Shown: piece after piece, positions 27,635-37,442 of the stretch
Position numbering within the stretch: the stretch's first letter is position 1
Layout: each line of letters opens with the position of its first letter
DNA from: an uncultured Gammaproteobacteria bacterium
Lineage (GTDB): Bacteria; Pseudomonadota; Gammaproteobacteria; Pseudomonadales; Azotimanducaceae
Length of the DNA stretch: 47,774 nucleotides
Assembly (NCBI GenBank): GCA_913030615.1
Contig: CAJWCW010000001.1
Location: 1-47,774 of the forward strand
Direction: 5' to 3'
The notes under the pieces: generated by a model
What the model saw: the letters and a program-made list of their open reading frames with translations, nothing else
Told to the model about the DNA's origin: nothing
The model's database searches: none
Position numbers and translations under genes: made by a program

Positions 27635-28420
27635 CTAGATGGATATTTCGCCTTGCAGATATTTTTTTGTGTGGCCGCCAATGAATACTCGGGAACCGCT
27701 CAACTCGCAATAAAGGCGCCCAGATCGTTGCGACAGCTGCGCTGCGGTGAACTCGGTTTTGCCGGTTTTACGGGCCCAATAGGGCACCATGAGCGTATGT
27801 GTGGACCCTGTCACAGGGTCTTCCGGGACGCCCGTTCTCGGCGCGAAAAAGCGAGAGACAAAGTCCACTTGGTCCCCTGGCGCCGTGACGATAACGCCCC
27901 TGCACTCTAGTTTGGCAAGTAAACTGAAGTCCGGGTCGATGGCGTGAATGGCCTTCTCACTCTCAAAGACTGCAAGGAAATCGTCTTGGCCCTTGTAAAA
28001 CTCGACGGGTTCTGCGCCTAGTGCCTGCGCGAGGTTCTTGTTTTTTTTCTCGACCGTAGGTGTCTCCGCGGGAAAATCCAAGTAGATCAAGTCGTCCCTT
28101 TTGAACGCGCTGAGGGAACCTCTTTTCGCCGAGAAATTAACGCGTGAAGAATTCGGTGGTAGGTGGTCGTCAAAGAGAATGCGCGCGCTTGCGAGAGTCG
28201 CATGGCCACACAGATCAACTTCCACCAAGGGGGAAAACCAACGAATCGAGAATGGCATCGCCGCGACCAATACGAATGCCGTTTCTGACAGATTATTTTC
28301 GAAAGCGATGGATTGCATGGTCGCAGTGTCGAGGCTCTCTGTGACAGTAACGACTGCGGCAGGATTGCCTTGGAAAAGTTTCTCAGCGAATGCGTCAACG
28401 TAATAGATGGGCAATCTCAA
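27635..28420 (-). CDS. PhzF-family isomerase/epimerase-like protein
   Basis: MRLPIYYVDAFAEKLFQGNPAAVV from TTG 28420, and EDPVTGSTH near the C-terminus. The track ORF extends to 28792, but that N-terminal extension overlaps the divergent gene and looks non-coding. Confidence 0.8.
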   Translation of the reverse strand: MRLPIYYVDAFAEKLFQGNPAAVVTVTESLDTATMQSIAFENNLSETAFVLVAAMPFSIRWFSPLVEVDLCGHATLASARILFDDHLPPNSSRVNFSAKRGSLSAFKRDDLIYLDFPAETPTVEKKNKNLAQALGAEPVEFYKGQDDFLAVFESEKAIHAIDPDFSLLAKLECRGVIVTAPGDQVDFVSRFFAPRTGVPEDPVTGSTHTLMVPYWARKTGKTEFTAAQLSQRSGRLYCELSGSRVFIGGHTKKYLQGEISI

Positions 28421-28616
28421 TCTAGGATTCCATTTGATCAGGGTGCGTTCGCGTGGTGTGCAGTAATGTACCAGAGGATGATCTTGACCTGTTTGATCGG
28501 GAAGGACTTCGGGACGCAAACCGATTGTTTCGTAATAATGATGCAGACGCGCGCCAACTTGGCGCGTAGATTGACGACGTGTTGTTTCTGAGATCTTTGA
28601 ATTGGCGCGTAATTTC

Positions 28617-30281
28617 ATGCAACGATTAAAAGTGTTTACGGCAGCTCGGATCCGAACGATGGACCCGGGTCGACCGGTGGCCAACGCGGTTGCGGTTGGT
28701 GACGGAAAAATTGTATCGGTAGGGTCACTGGAATCAATGCGGCCGTGGTTGCGAAGGGTCCCCCACGACATTGATGAGACTTTTGCTGACAAAGTAATAC
28801 TGCCCGGGTTTATCGATCCCCATACCCACCTGCGTCTATCTGGGACCTATATGGGGCTGAATTACGTTGGTCCGATCGATTCAACCGACCCAAACGGGAA
28901 ACCCTTGAAGGGTTTGCCAAATCGAGAAGCCGTGCTTTCGCGATTGAATTCGTTAGCCAAAGATCGTACCGAAGCAGTTGTTGCATGGGGTTACGATCCA
29001 GGTATGCAGGACGGTCATTTGGATCGAGACATGCTCGACGAGATCTCCTCGGAGGTCCCGATATGGGTAATTGCGTACGCGCCGCACATTATTTACACCA
29101 ACACGCCGATGATCGAAAGGATAGGTGTTGACGAAAATACTAGGGTGCATGGAGTCGGGCGCTATTCCGACGGAAGGCTAAACGGCTGGTTTGTCGAAAC
29201 TGAGGCGACGGCACTTGCCTCAGGTCCCGTGAAAAAGGAAGTGTTTGGAAAGGGATTTGGCCTGGCGTCGTTAGAACTTCAGGGACGCGTCGCTGTCAAA
29301 AGCGGGGTGACGACGACTGCCGATATGATTTACGGCATTGATTCGTTTGAACGCGAGTGGGAAGACCATGCGGCTGCGATTGAACAAGAGTTGCTACCCC
29401 TACGCGTGATGTTGGTTCCGTTTGAATCTCGATTACGTAAACGGTTCGGGGATGACTTTCTTCGTTTTTATGAATCCATGAAAAACAAGTCCACGGACCG
29501 TCTCGCCATACACGGCGTTAAATTCGTCAATGACGGATCGTATCCGTCGATGACCTTGCGTTTGAATTTCCCTGGATACCTCGACGGCGAGATCGGTCTC
29601 ACCGGTGAAGTACCGTGGGAGGACATGTTCGACCGAATGTTGCCATTCTGGAGTAACGGAATTCAGATCCACTCACATGCCAACGGCGACGAAACCGTCG
29701 ACATGACACTCAACACATTAAATGCGCTACAAAACGCCGCACCTCGATTCGATCATCGTTTCACCGTGGAACACTACTGCATCAGTACCCCCGCCCAAGC
29801 GAGACGACTTGCGGCGTTGGGTGGCCTTGCTAGCGTCAATCCCTATTTTGTGCATTACCGGTCACAAATCCACGCGGACCATGGGTTTGGCCCTGACCGG
29901 ACCGAGACGACAGCGCGGTTAGGGTCTCTGGTTAACGCGGGTGCGACTTTCGCTCTCCATTCCGACTACAACTTGGTGGTCGCGCCGATGCATCCTTTGA
30001 CTGCGGCATGGATTGCCGTGAATCGTATAGCAGCCGACGGGAAAACTGTTGTTGGGCCCGGCGAACGGATCTCGGTTGACCGGGCAATTCGCGCGATCAC
30101 CGTGGACGCAGCATTTGTTCTTAATAGAGACGATAGTTTGGGCAGTATTGAGGTAGGTAAACATGCCGACTTTGCAGTGCTTGATGACGATCCCTACGAG
30201 GTTGAACCCGGAGCCTTGAAGGCCATCGGTATCCATGGGACTGTGCTTGGAGGGAACGTTCATATTGCCGGTACCCCATAA
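28617..30281 (+). CDS. Amidohydrolase-3 (YtcJ-like) metal-dependent hydrolase, copy 1
   Basis: PGFIDPHTHL (HxH), IHSHANGDE, HSDY, GKHADFAVLDDDP. ATG 28617 gives MQRLKVFTAARI. Confidence 0.85.
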   Translation: MQRLKVFTAARIRTMDPGRPVANAVAVGDGKIVSVGSLESMRPWLRRVPHDIDETFADKVILPGFIDPHTHLRLSGTYMGLNYVGPIDSTDPNGKPLKGLPNREAVLSRLNSLAKDRTEAVVAWGYDPGMQDGHLDRDMLDEISSEVPIWVIAYAPHIIYTNTPMIERIGVDENTRVHGVGRYSDGRLNGWFVETEATALASGPVKKEVFGKGFGLASLELQGRVAVKSGVTTTADMIYGIDSFEREWEDHAAAIEQELLPLRVMLVPFESRLRKRFGDDFLRFYESMKNKSTDRLAIHGVKFVNDGSYPSMTLRLNFPGYLDGEIGLTGEVPWEDMFDRMLPFWSNGIQIHSHANGDETVDMTLNTLNALQNAAPRFDHRFTVEHYCISTPAQARRLAALGGLASVNPYFVHYRSQIHADHGFGPDRTETTARLGSLVNAGATFALHSDYNLVVAPMHPLTAAWIAVNRIAADGKTVVGPGERISVDRAIRAITVDAAFVLNRDDSLGSIEVGKHADFAVLDDDPYEVEPGALKAIGIHGTVLGGNVHIAGTP

Positions 30282-30282
30282 G

Positions 30283-31329
30283 ATGCGGTCCCAATCCGAG
30301 CATTTAATGGCAGCATGGGAAACGTTATTGCTTACTCTAGGCGCGCCGCCATCCGAAACACTTCCGGAACGGAACGTCACAAAACGAAATCAGGGGGCGC
30401 GCGGAACAAAAATCCCTGTGACGGTGCTCAGTGGGTTTCTTGGATCCGGGAAAACGACGTTACTTCAGCAATTGCTCCAAAATTCCTCGACCGAAATTGT
30501 TGCTATCGTGAACGATATAGCGTCGATCAATGTCGATGCCGCGCTCATCCGCTCCACGAATGCTGAAACCATTGAGCTCCAAAATGGATGCGTGTGTTGT
30601 GTGCTCGGTTCTGACTTGTTCGACTCGCTCCGGAACATTGGTTTACGATCAAAATGGCCGGACGCAATCGTAATCGAATCTAGCGGTCTCTCAGATCCAA
30701 TGGGCATCGCACAGACCGTGGCCAATGTTGACACTATGTCGCTCGATGGAATAGTTACGGTTGTAGACGCGCTCTCGTTTCGAGAAAGAATCGCTGATCC
30801 GGTCACAGCCATGCTTTTTGAACGCCAGCTTGCGGCTGCTCATCTTATTGTGTTGACCAAGACAGCCACGCGCAAAGATGCTGATCTGCTCATTGAAACG
30901 TTGGCCGAGATGGTTCCAGGACGCCGGGTCATCGTTTCCGATCTTTTGATGGGAAACGATGGCGAATTAGCCAATGACCTTTTGTTAGGGGCTTCAACGC
31001 AGGGCGCTCGACCGCCTCTAGGCGTTAGCACTCACGATTACGATGGATTTTCAGTTGAGACGGTCGATCGCCCCGAGCCGATTCGCGCACGAATTTTTTT
31101 TTCGTTATTGGACCAAATACCGGACTCCGTCTATCGGATGAAAGGTGGAGTCCGTGTCCGAGAGGAGAGTCGAGAGCTTGAACATGTGGAAACGTATTCC
31201 GTGCAAGCTGCCGGAGCCCACTGGCGCGTTGTTCGACAGCCCACGGAGGGGGAGTTGGACCGGCTTATTGTCATTGGACGCAGGAACGATCCCGCGTTGG
31301 AGTCGTTCGTTCTCAAACTTCGCGAATAA
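30283..31329 (+). CDS. COG0523 (CobW/ZigA-type) G3E GTPase metallochaperone, copy 1
   Basis: Walker A GFLGSGKTT and the CxCC motif NGCVCCV. ATG 30283 lies 1 nt after the amidohydrolase TAA. Confidence 0.85.
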   Translation: MRSQSEHLMAAWETLLLTLGAPPSETLPERNVTKRNQGARGTKIPVTVLSGFLGSGKTTLLQQLLQNSSTEIVAIVNDIASINVDAALIRSTNAETIELQNGCVCCVLGSDLFDSLRNIGLRSKWPDAIVIESSGLSDPMGIAQTVANVDTMSLDGIVTVVDALSFRERIADPVTAMLFERQLAAAHLIVLTKTATRKDADLLIETLAEMVPGRRVIVSDLLMGNDGELANDLLLGASTQGARPPLGVSTHDYDGFSVETVDRPEPIRARIFFSLLDQIPDSVYRMKGGVRVREESRELEHVETYSVQAAGAHWRVVRQPTEGELDRLIVIGRRNDPALESFVLKLRE

Positions 31330-31344
31330 CGGTCATCTCTTTGG

Positions 31345-32265
31345 CTATGGGGATTTTCCGTTGGGGTGGCATCCAGTGGAGTCCTCTAGAATTCCATCAG
31401 GAAATTTAGGCGACAGCGATGTTGGCCAAATCACGACGATTTCGGTTTGCTTTGGACTTTTGCCCCAAGCTTCCCCCGTCGAAATGGCTCTTTGCCTTCC
31501 GACACCTTGAATGACCCATCGGTGTTTTGGGTCACCTGAATTGTAGAAAATTCCCTTTATTCGGTGTATTTCCGGGGGAAGACTGACAAGCCAACTCTCG
31601 ATGTCGTCCAGATCCAGGGAATCGCTCGTAGTGAATGTTTTCGATTCGAACATTATGTTGGCACTGCCTACTGAAGAATGGTTGGACGCAGAAATTTCGA
31701 ATAGGCGTTGCGAGGCAAATTCGTCGCTTTGCATGATAGAAACATCGGGTGCTTGCGCATTAATCCAACGTTGAAGTGATGGCCAGTCGTTGTCTTTGTC
31801 GAGTTTTGTGACTAGGACTCTGTCGGCTTGGCGGAGCTGCTCAATAATCAGCGGGCCAACGAACTTATCCATTGCCAAGAGTTGGATTCGGTTGGCGTCG
31901 GCCATAACAAGTGTTCCGCCAGGTGCCAGTCCGGGCCAGGTTTTTGCATATGAAGCAATCTTTGCTGGGTACGCGACACCGCTGGTTTCCACCAGTACCG
32001 CATCGAGGGTTGGCGTGACATTCAAGAGTGTCTCTATGCCTGAACCAAGCTCGTTACCGAGTCGACAACACACGCATCCGTTGGCGAGAGAAATCAATGG
32101 CCCTTCTTGACCCTGAATTAACTTTGCGTCGATGTTTATGGCGCCGAAATCATTGATTAGTACACCAACCCGCAGGCCATGATTGTCGCCAAGAATCTTG
32201 TTTATCAATGTCGTTTTCCCGGCCCCGAGGTATCCGCCGATAACGATAAAAGGGACCTCAGTCAT
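31345..32265 (-). CDS. COG0523 (CobW/ZigA-type) G3E GTPase metallochaperone, copy 2
   Basis: Walker A GYLGAGKTT and the CxCC motif NGCVCCR. ATG 32265 overlaps the upstream amidohydrolase TGA (ATGACTGA, 8-nt overlap). Confidence 0.85.
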   Translation of the reverse strand: MTEVPFIVIGGYLGAGKTTLINKILGDNHGLRVGVLINDFGAINIDAKLIQGQEGPLISLANGCVCCRLGNELGSGIETLLNVTPTLDAVLVETSGVAYPAKIASYAKTWPGLAPGGTLVMADANRIQLLAMDKFVGPLIIEQLRQADRVLVTKLDKDNDWPSLQRWINAQAPDVSIMQSDEFASQRLFEISASNHSSVGSANIMFESKTFTTSDSLDLDDIESWLVSLPPEIHRIKGIFYNSGDPKHRWVIQGVGRQRAISTGEAWGKSPKQTEIVVIWPTSLSPKFPDGILEDSTGCHPNGKSP

Positions 32266-33910
32266 TGATAAGGTAGGGGGTGCCTTTGAACACCGTTGCC
32301 GCAACATCGATATCCTTTAATCCCTCCCCACCAACAGCGTATGGATCGGTATCGAGAACGGTGAAGTCCGCGCTCTTCCCGGCTCGTAAACTACCAATCT
32401 CGTCCTCCATCCCGAGCACGTAGGCGGCTTCGATGGTGATGGCGGCAAGTGCTTGGTCCAAGGTTAGCGATTCCTCGGGACAAACGACGTCGCCGTCCAT
32501 ATTTTTTCGTGTTGACGCGACCCAGGCATTGTTTAAGGGAGATGCGGGAGCCATCGTAAAGTCCGAATGGATGGCCGTATGGATGCCAGCGCGGACGCAA
32601 GAACCGACACGGGCCATTTGATGCGCGCGTTCGTATCCAATCCCTTGCTGCGCGTAGATCGCTGAAAGTTCGTGTACGTAATACACGTTGGCGGAAACTG
32701 ACGCGCCTAGAGCTGCGATTCGTGCCACTTGTTCCGGCGTAGAGAATCCAAAATGCTCGATGGTGTACCGGTGGTCAAAGCGTGGTCGTTCCCACTGCAA
32801 GGTATCCAACGCATCGAGCGCAAGTTCTAGCCCTAGGTCGCCTGTGCAATGAACGTGAATCATATAACCGGCGTTCCAATATCGGCGGGCGATGTCGATG
32901 AATTGTTCGGGTGCGACCAACCATTCCCCGAGATGACCGTCAATGTATCCAGGTTCTTTGAGTTGAGCGAGTTGAGAGAAGAAGGCGCCGTCGGTGAATA
33001 GTTTGACGTGCTTTGGGAACAATAAACGCTCGGTACCGCGTTCAGCCAATCCATCCATGAAAGTTAGCGCTTGATCATGGCCCCCTTGTATCGACGCGAC
33101 GCTAGCCGCCGAGGGAACCAAAACGGTTCTGAACGGGGTATTTACGTCGTCCAACACGTCCTTGGTGCCTTGCCACTCCATGTCGAAATTGAACAAGCCC
33201 ACTGCCATGTCACCGAGCGTTGTGTGGCCTCCGTGATGCGCGACTTCTACAAGCCTCCGCAAGCCGTCTCGATAACGTTCGTTTGACAGAATATATGGGT
33301 TGAGTTTGACGATGGCGTAAGCGAGGCCGTTCTCATAAAACCGGCCGGCGGCGAAGTCGATTTGTTGTTTACCCTCGGTCTCGTTGGCCGTAATCCCAAG
33401 CCAAGCCATGGCACCGTCGTTCATGTATAGCTCGTGAAATGATCGATGCCAGACGATGATCGGTCTGTCGACGGACACGGCATTCAACAACGTCCGGTTC
33501 ATCGGACCATGCCAAAGTTGGTGGTAACCCCATGTAAAGAGTGGTTCGTCGGGCGCTTGTTCGCCGTGAAGTTCATGCAACCGCCGAAAGAAGTCTACGG
33601 GCGTAGTCACCGGTTGGACGGTTTCCCACGGCAGTTCCCAACGGGTAGCCGTGATAAATCGCATCGGCAATAACACCGCTGCCATTGAGGGATGCAAGTG
33701 CGGGTCGATGAATCCGGGAGCGACGACTTTATCTGCGAACTGATCGTTGATGCGATGTGGATGAGATTCCAGCCAGGGTTTGAGTGTTTCGAGTGTGCCC
33801 ACCTCCATTATCCTGCCGTTTTTGGTGGCAATTGCTGTGGCGTAAGGCCAAGAGCGATTCATCGTGATGACTTTTCTTGCTGTAAAAACCGTGAGCTCGT
33901 CTGTTCCCAT
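32258..33910 (-). CDS. Amidohydrolase-3 (YtcJ-like) metal-dependent hydrolase, copy 2
   Basis: PGFIDPHLHP, IHVHCTGD, HSDF, GKSADFTVLDTDP. A clear paralogue of 28617..30281: shared VFTA, VG(S/T)LE, PWL, FADKV blocks. Confidence 0.85.
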   Translation of the reverse strand: MGTDELTVFTARKVITMNRSWPYATAIATKNGRIMEVGTLETLKPWLESHPHRINDQFADKVVAPGFIDPHLHPSMAAVLLPMRFITATRWELPWETVQPVTTPVDFFRRLHELHGEQAPDEPLFTWGYHQLWHGPMNRTLLNAVSVDRPIIVWHRSFHELYMNDGAMAWLGITANETEGKQQIDFAAGRFYENGLAYAIVKLNPYILSNERYRDGLRRLVEVAHHGGHTTLGDMAVGLFNFDMEWQGTKDVLDDVNTPFRTVLVPSAASVASIQGGHDQALTFMDGLAERGTERLLFPKHVKLFTDGAFFSQLAQLKEPGYIDGHLGEWLVAPEQFIDIARRYWNAGYMIHVHCTGDLGLELALDALDTLQWERPRFDHRYTIEHFGFSTPEQVARIAALGASVSANVYYVHELSAIYAQQGIGYERAHQMARVGSCVRAGIHTAIHSDFTMAPASPLNNAWVASTRKNMDGDVVCPEESLTLDQALAAITIEAAYVLGMEDEIGSLRAGKSADFTVLDTDPYAVGGEGLKDIDVAATVFKGTPYLIND

Positions 33911-33915
33911 AATCG

Positions 33916-36393
33916 TTACTGCCTCACCCGCAAAGAATCTGGATCGTACATCGGCCTGAAGCTCGCGGCAGCTGGAAATCTGGTCCCAGCGATCTCTATT
34001 TCAAAATTACTGTCGTTGATAGACGCTTGGTTTAGGGGTTGCTTGGCGGCGATGTATCCGAGGGCTACGTTGCCGCCCAAGGTATGGCCGTAATTGGCTG
34101 ATGTGACATAACCTACCTGAACCCCGTCTCGAAAAATGGGTTCGTCGTGGTACGGCCGAGCCTCTTGGTCCGGTAAAAGAAATTGGGTCAAGCGGCGGTC
34201 GACGCCTTCGTCTCGTTGGCGCAGAAGCGCATCTTGACCGATAAAGGCAGTCTCTTTGTCAAATGCACAGGCAAAGCCTAGACCGGCCTCTAGTGGAGTA
34301 TCGCCGTCGGCAATATCGTGTCCCCAATGGCGGTAGGCTTTTTCGATCCGACACGAATCAAGTGCATGGTACCCGGCTAGGCCGATTCCGACCGATTTGC
34401 CTGCGTCGAACACTGCGCAAAAAAGCTCGAGTGCGGCGTTCCAGGGACAGTACAGCTCCCATCCAAGTTCACCCACGTAGGTGATGCGTTGGGCCCAACA
34501 AGTGATTCCGGTTATTTCAAGCTCTCGCCCGGTTCCAAATGGAAATGACTCGTTGTCGAGATTTGTGCGCGTCAACGAAGAAAGGAGCGTACGGCTTTGG
34601 GGACCCATCACGCCCAAAACAGCCCATTCTTCGGTGACATCGGATACAGAACAGTCCTTGCCCGTCGGAATATGGTTTAGCAACCAGTGCCAATCTTTAC
34701 GTCTAGTGGTCGGCGCTGTAATTACTCGAAAGGCGTGTTCGGCGATCCGCGTGACGGTGACGTCGGCTTCGATGCCAGCCCGTTCATTCAGCCAGGGAGT
34801 GTAGGTGATTGAACCTATATCTCGACCCACACTGTTTGCGCAGATTCGTTCCAATACGCATTCTGCATCCGGACCTACGACGTCAAATTTGGCAAATGAC
34901 GTTTGGTCGTAAAGCGCTACTCGTTCTCGTGTTGTCTCGTGCTCTTTTTTTTGGTTGTGGTACCAATTTTGTGGGCCGTAACTGTATTCGTATTTGGGCT
35001 TGGTTCCCGCATCGGCAAACCAGTTGGCCCGTTCCCAGCCGGCTAATTCGCCGAAGCAAGCTCCCTCGGATACGAGACGTTGATGAAGCGGACTGCAAAG
35101 CACATCCCGGCTTGTCGTGTATTGCCGATACGGCCAGTGCATGCCGTAGAGCATGCCCAGAGTTTCGCTGACTCGGTCGCGGAGATATAGGGATTCGTTT
35201 TGGAAAGGGAAAGTCCGTTGTATATTTACTTCCCAAAGATCCGGCGGTGGGTAGCCACGCATTATCCACTCGGCGATCGCCAGGCCAACGCCGCCCGCGG
35301 ATTGAATACCGATGGAGTTGAATCCGGCGGCGACGAAGTAGCCTTTTAGTTCTGGCGCTTCGCCGATGAGGTAGCGATTATCGGGTGTGAAACTCTCCGG
35401 CCCATTAAAAAAACGCGATAGACCCGTTTCCCTAATTCGGGGTACGCGTCGGGTTGCGCCTTCGAGAATGGGCGCCACATGGTCGAGGTCTTCCGGCAGT
35501 TCGCCAAAGGAGAAGTCGTTCGGTATCCCATTCATTCCCCAAGGTTTACCGACAGGTTCGAAGGCTCCAATCAGGAGCTTTCCCGCGTCTTCCTTGAAGT
35601 AGGCGCAACCGTCAAAGTCTCGCAATATCGGGAGATCCGAGGGCAGATCAGCGATAGGTTCCGTCAGGCAATAGAAGTGTTCGCACGCATGCAACGGAAC
35701 GTTGACGCCTGAGGCTTGAGCCAATTCTCGCGCCCACATGCCTGCGCAATTAACGATTATTTCCGAAGCGATGTAACCGACCGACGTTTCCACCCCTCGG
35801 ACTTGGCCATCTTGTTGTACGACACCGATGACAGGTGTCTTCTCCATAAGACGCGCACCAAACAGCCGAGCACCCTTCGCGAGCGCCATCGTGACGTCGA
35901 CGGGATTGATCTGCCCATCGTTCGGATAGTAGATCGCGCCGACCAAGTCATTAGTCTGGGCTAGTGGCCATAATTGCGCGACGTCCCTTGAGGTTGCTTC
36001 CTCTGCTTCGATGCCAAGACTGCGCGCCACTGTCGCGCCACGTCGCAGTTCTCCCCAGCGGTCTTGATCGGTGGCGATCGCAATGCTGCCGTTGCGTTTT
36101 AATCCAGTCGCCTGTCCTGTCTCTTCGGTGAGTTTTTCGTAAAGCGATACGGAATATCGAGCCAATTCAGTTAACGCGCGAGTTCCACGGAACTCTGAAA
36201 GAAGACCGGCCGCATGCCACGTGGTCCCGCTGGTAAGCCGGTCACGCTCAAGAAGAAGAACGTCTTCCCCCAGTTTCGCTAGGTGGTAGGCGACGCTGCA
36301 ACCTACCACGCCTCCACCCAAAACGATGACGCCTGCGGTCGTCGGCTGTTCCTGGGTTTCGAGTTCTTTATGATTGTCGGTACGTTGTTTCAA
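33916..36393 (-). CDS. Dimethylglycine/sarcosine dehydrogenase-like FAD oxidoreductase fused to a GcvT (folate-binding) domain
   Basis: 825 aa. GGGVVGCSVAYHLAKLG, and TSGTTWHAAGLL, which is the covalent-flavin His context of the DMGDH/SDH family. C-terminal aminomethyltransferase-type domain. Confidence 0.85.
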   Translation of the reverse strand: MKQRTDNHKELETQEQPTTAGVIVLGGGVVGCSVAYHLAKLGEDVLLLERDRLTSGTTWHAAGLLSEFRGTRALTELARYSVSLYEKLTEETGQATGLKRNGSIAIATDQDRWGELRRGATVARSLGIEAEEATSRDVAQLWPLAQTNDLVGAIYYPNDGQINPVDVTMALAKGARLFGARLMEKTPVIGVVQQDGQVRGVETSVGYIASEIIVNCAGMWARELAQASGVNVPLHACEHFYCLTEPIADLPSDLPILRDFDGCAYFKEDAGKLLIGAFEPVGKPWGMNGIPNDFSFGELPEDLDHVAPILEGATRRVPRIRETGLSRFFNGPESFTPDNRYLIGEAPELKGYFVAAGFNSIGIQSAGGVGLAIAEWIMRGYPPPDLWEVNIQRTFPFQNESLYLRDRVSETLGMLYGMHWPYRQYTTSRDVLCSPLHQRLVSEGACFGELAGWERANWFADAGTKPKYEYSYGPQNWYHNQKKEHETTRERVALYDQTSFAKFDVVGPDAECVLERICANSVGRDIGSITYTPWLNERAGIEADVTVTRIAEHAFRVITAPTTRRKDWHWLLNHIPTGKDCSVSDVTEEWAVLGVMGPQSRTLLSSLTRTNLDNESFPFGTGRELEITGITCWAQRITYVGELGWELYCPWNAALELFCAVFDAGKSVGIGLAGYHALDSCRIEKAYRHWGHDIADGDTPLEAGLGFACAFDKETAFIGQDALLRQRDEGVDRRLTQFLLPDQEARPYHDEPIFRDGVQVGYVTSANYGHTLGGNVALGYIAAKQPLNQASINDSNFEIEIAGTRFPAAASFRPMYDPDSLRVRQ

Positions 36394-36439
36394 ATAATCC
36401 TGAGGACGCTTGGAAAAGATTACTTAGCGACGTTGACAG

Positions 36440-37339
36440 CTAGTGGTTCACGCGCGAAGAGCCGGTGGGCGTGAGTGCATCCAGCGAGACTCGAAAAATC
36501 GCTCGATTTTCGTTGGTGATTAAAAGCGATTCGTTGGTTTCCCACGCTACCGCTTCATTTTGCTGCACCAAGTTGGGGTCAAGATCCAATACCTGTGCGG
36601 TAGATTGCAGCCATTTATCTTCGCGCGCGGGACGATCAAATACCCACAGGCGGGTGTAGGTCAGAATCGCCAAGCGATTTGAGTCGGGAGAGACGTCCGC
36701 TCCAGTGGCTAAGGAGATTTCGCGATGGTGGTCCACAAGCGTTAATACATTCTCTCGATCCGTGTGGCGGGTATCGAGTCGGTAGAGTTTGGTACCAGCC
36801 TCCCAAGCCATGGGCTTTCCGGGTTGCCTGTGCTTGGTCAGGAAATAGAGATTTCCTTCGAACGTAAAGACAGCTTCGCAATCGAAGTGCCATTGTGTTG
36901 CTGGATATTGGAGTTGGTCCGGATAGCGGATGGGTAAGAACCCAGCTGCTCGGGCCTTGTGAACATAGTACGGGTTGGGTTCGTTAACAACGTAGACGCC
37001 GAGGTCCCGCCTCGCGTTCTCGTTATTTCCAACATCGGCAATGAAAATCGTGCCGTCCGCGATCGCAATGTCCTCCCAATCGTGATGCCACGCATTGTCG
37101 ATGGAATAGCCTTCCCAGGCATCGGATGATCGATTAGGGAAAAAGGTAGTTACGAGGCGTGGTAATACCACACTTCCGTCGGCTTTGATCGCGAAGATCC
37201 TCGAGCTATCGCCCGAGTCGTTGTGTACCCAATAGACGTCGTCAAACGTTGACGCAACGATCCCACTCATTTCGCCGATTCCCGGATGCGTGACTTCGGC
37301 AATTTGTTGGACGCCAGCGGCGAATATCGGACAGATCAA
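36440..37339 (-). CDS. Hypothetical exported protein (possible beta-propeller)
   Basis: 299 aa. EMSGIVAS...VYWVHNDSGD repeats of propeller-like character. The hydrophobic signal core continues upstream of the TTG start (see finding). Confidence 0.55.
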   Translation of the reverse strand: MICPIFAAGVQQIAEVTHPGIGEMSGIVASTFDDVYWVHNDSGDSSRIFAIKADGSVVLPRLVTTFFPNRSSDAWEGYSIDNAWHHDWEDIAIADGTIFIADVGNNENARRDLGVYVVNEPNPYYVHKARAAGFLPIRYPDQLQYPATQWHFDCEAVFTFEGNLYFLTKHRQPGKPMAWEAGTKLYRLDTRHTDRENVLTLVDHHREISLATGADVSPDSNRLAILTYTRLWVFDRPAREDKWLQSTAQVLDLDPNLVQQNEAVAWETNESLLITNENRAIFRVSLDALTPTGSSRVNH

Positions 37340-37442
37340 AATGACCGAGAGGCACTTGAGAAAGGGGTTTATATATGGGCGGATATTGGGACCACTTTGT
37401 TGGGCTGATTATCGTATTCAAACATCGCGGGCGGGATAGGCG

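Noticed and set aside
27804-27820. A 17-nt perfect palindrome, GACCCTGT-C-ACAGGGTC, sharing a CACAGG/CCTGTG core with the REP-like arms
   Set aside because: It lies inside the PhzF gene and encodes the conserved EDPVTGS motif. The similarity to the REP arms is only 6 nt, so it is explained by coding constraint.
31094-31102. Homopolymer runs as possible phase-variation or slippage sites: T9 at 31094-31102, A8 at 15317-15324 just upstream of the redoxin UGA on the coding strand, and a T-run near 34947
   Set aside because: All are in frame and encode Phe-rich hydrophobic segments of intact proteins. There is no alternative-frame continuation and no contingency-locus context.
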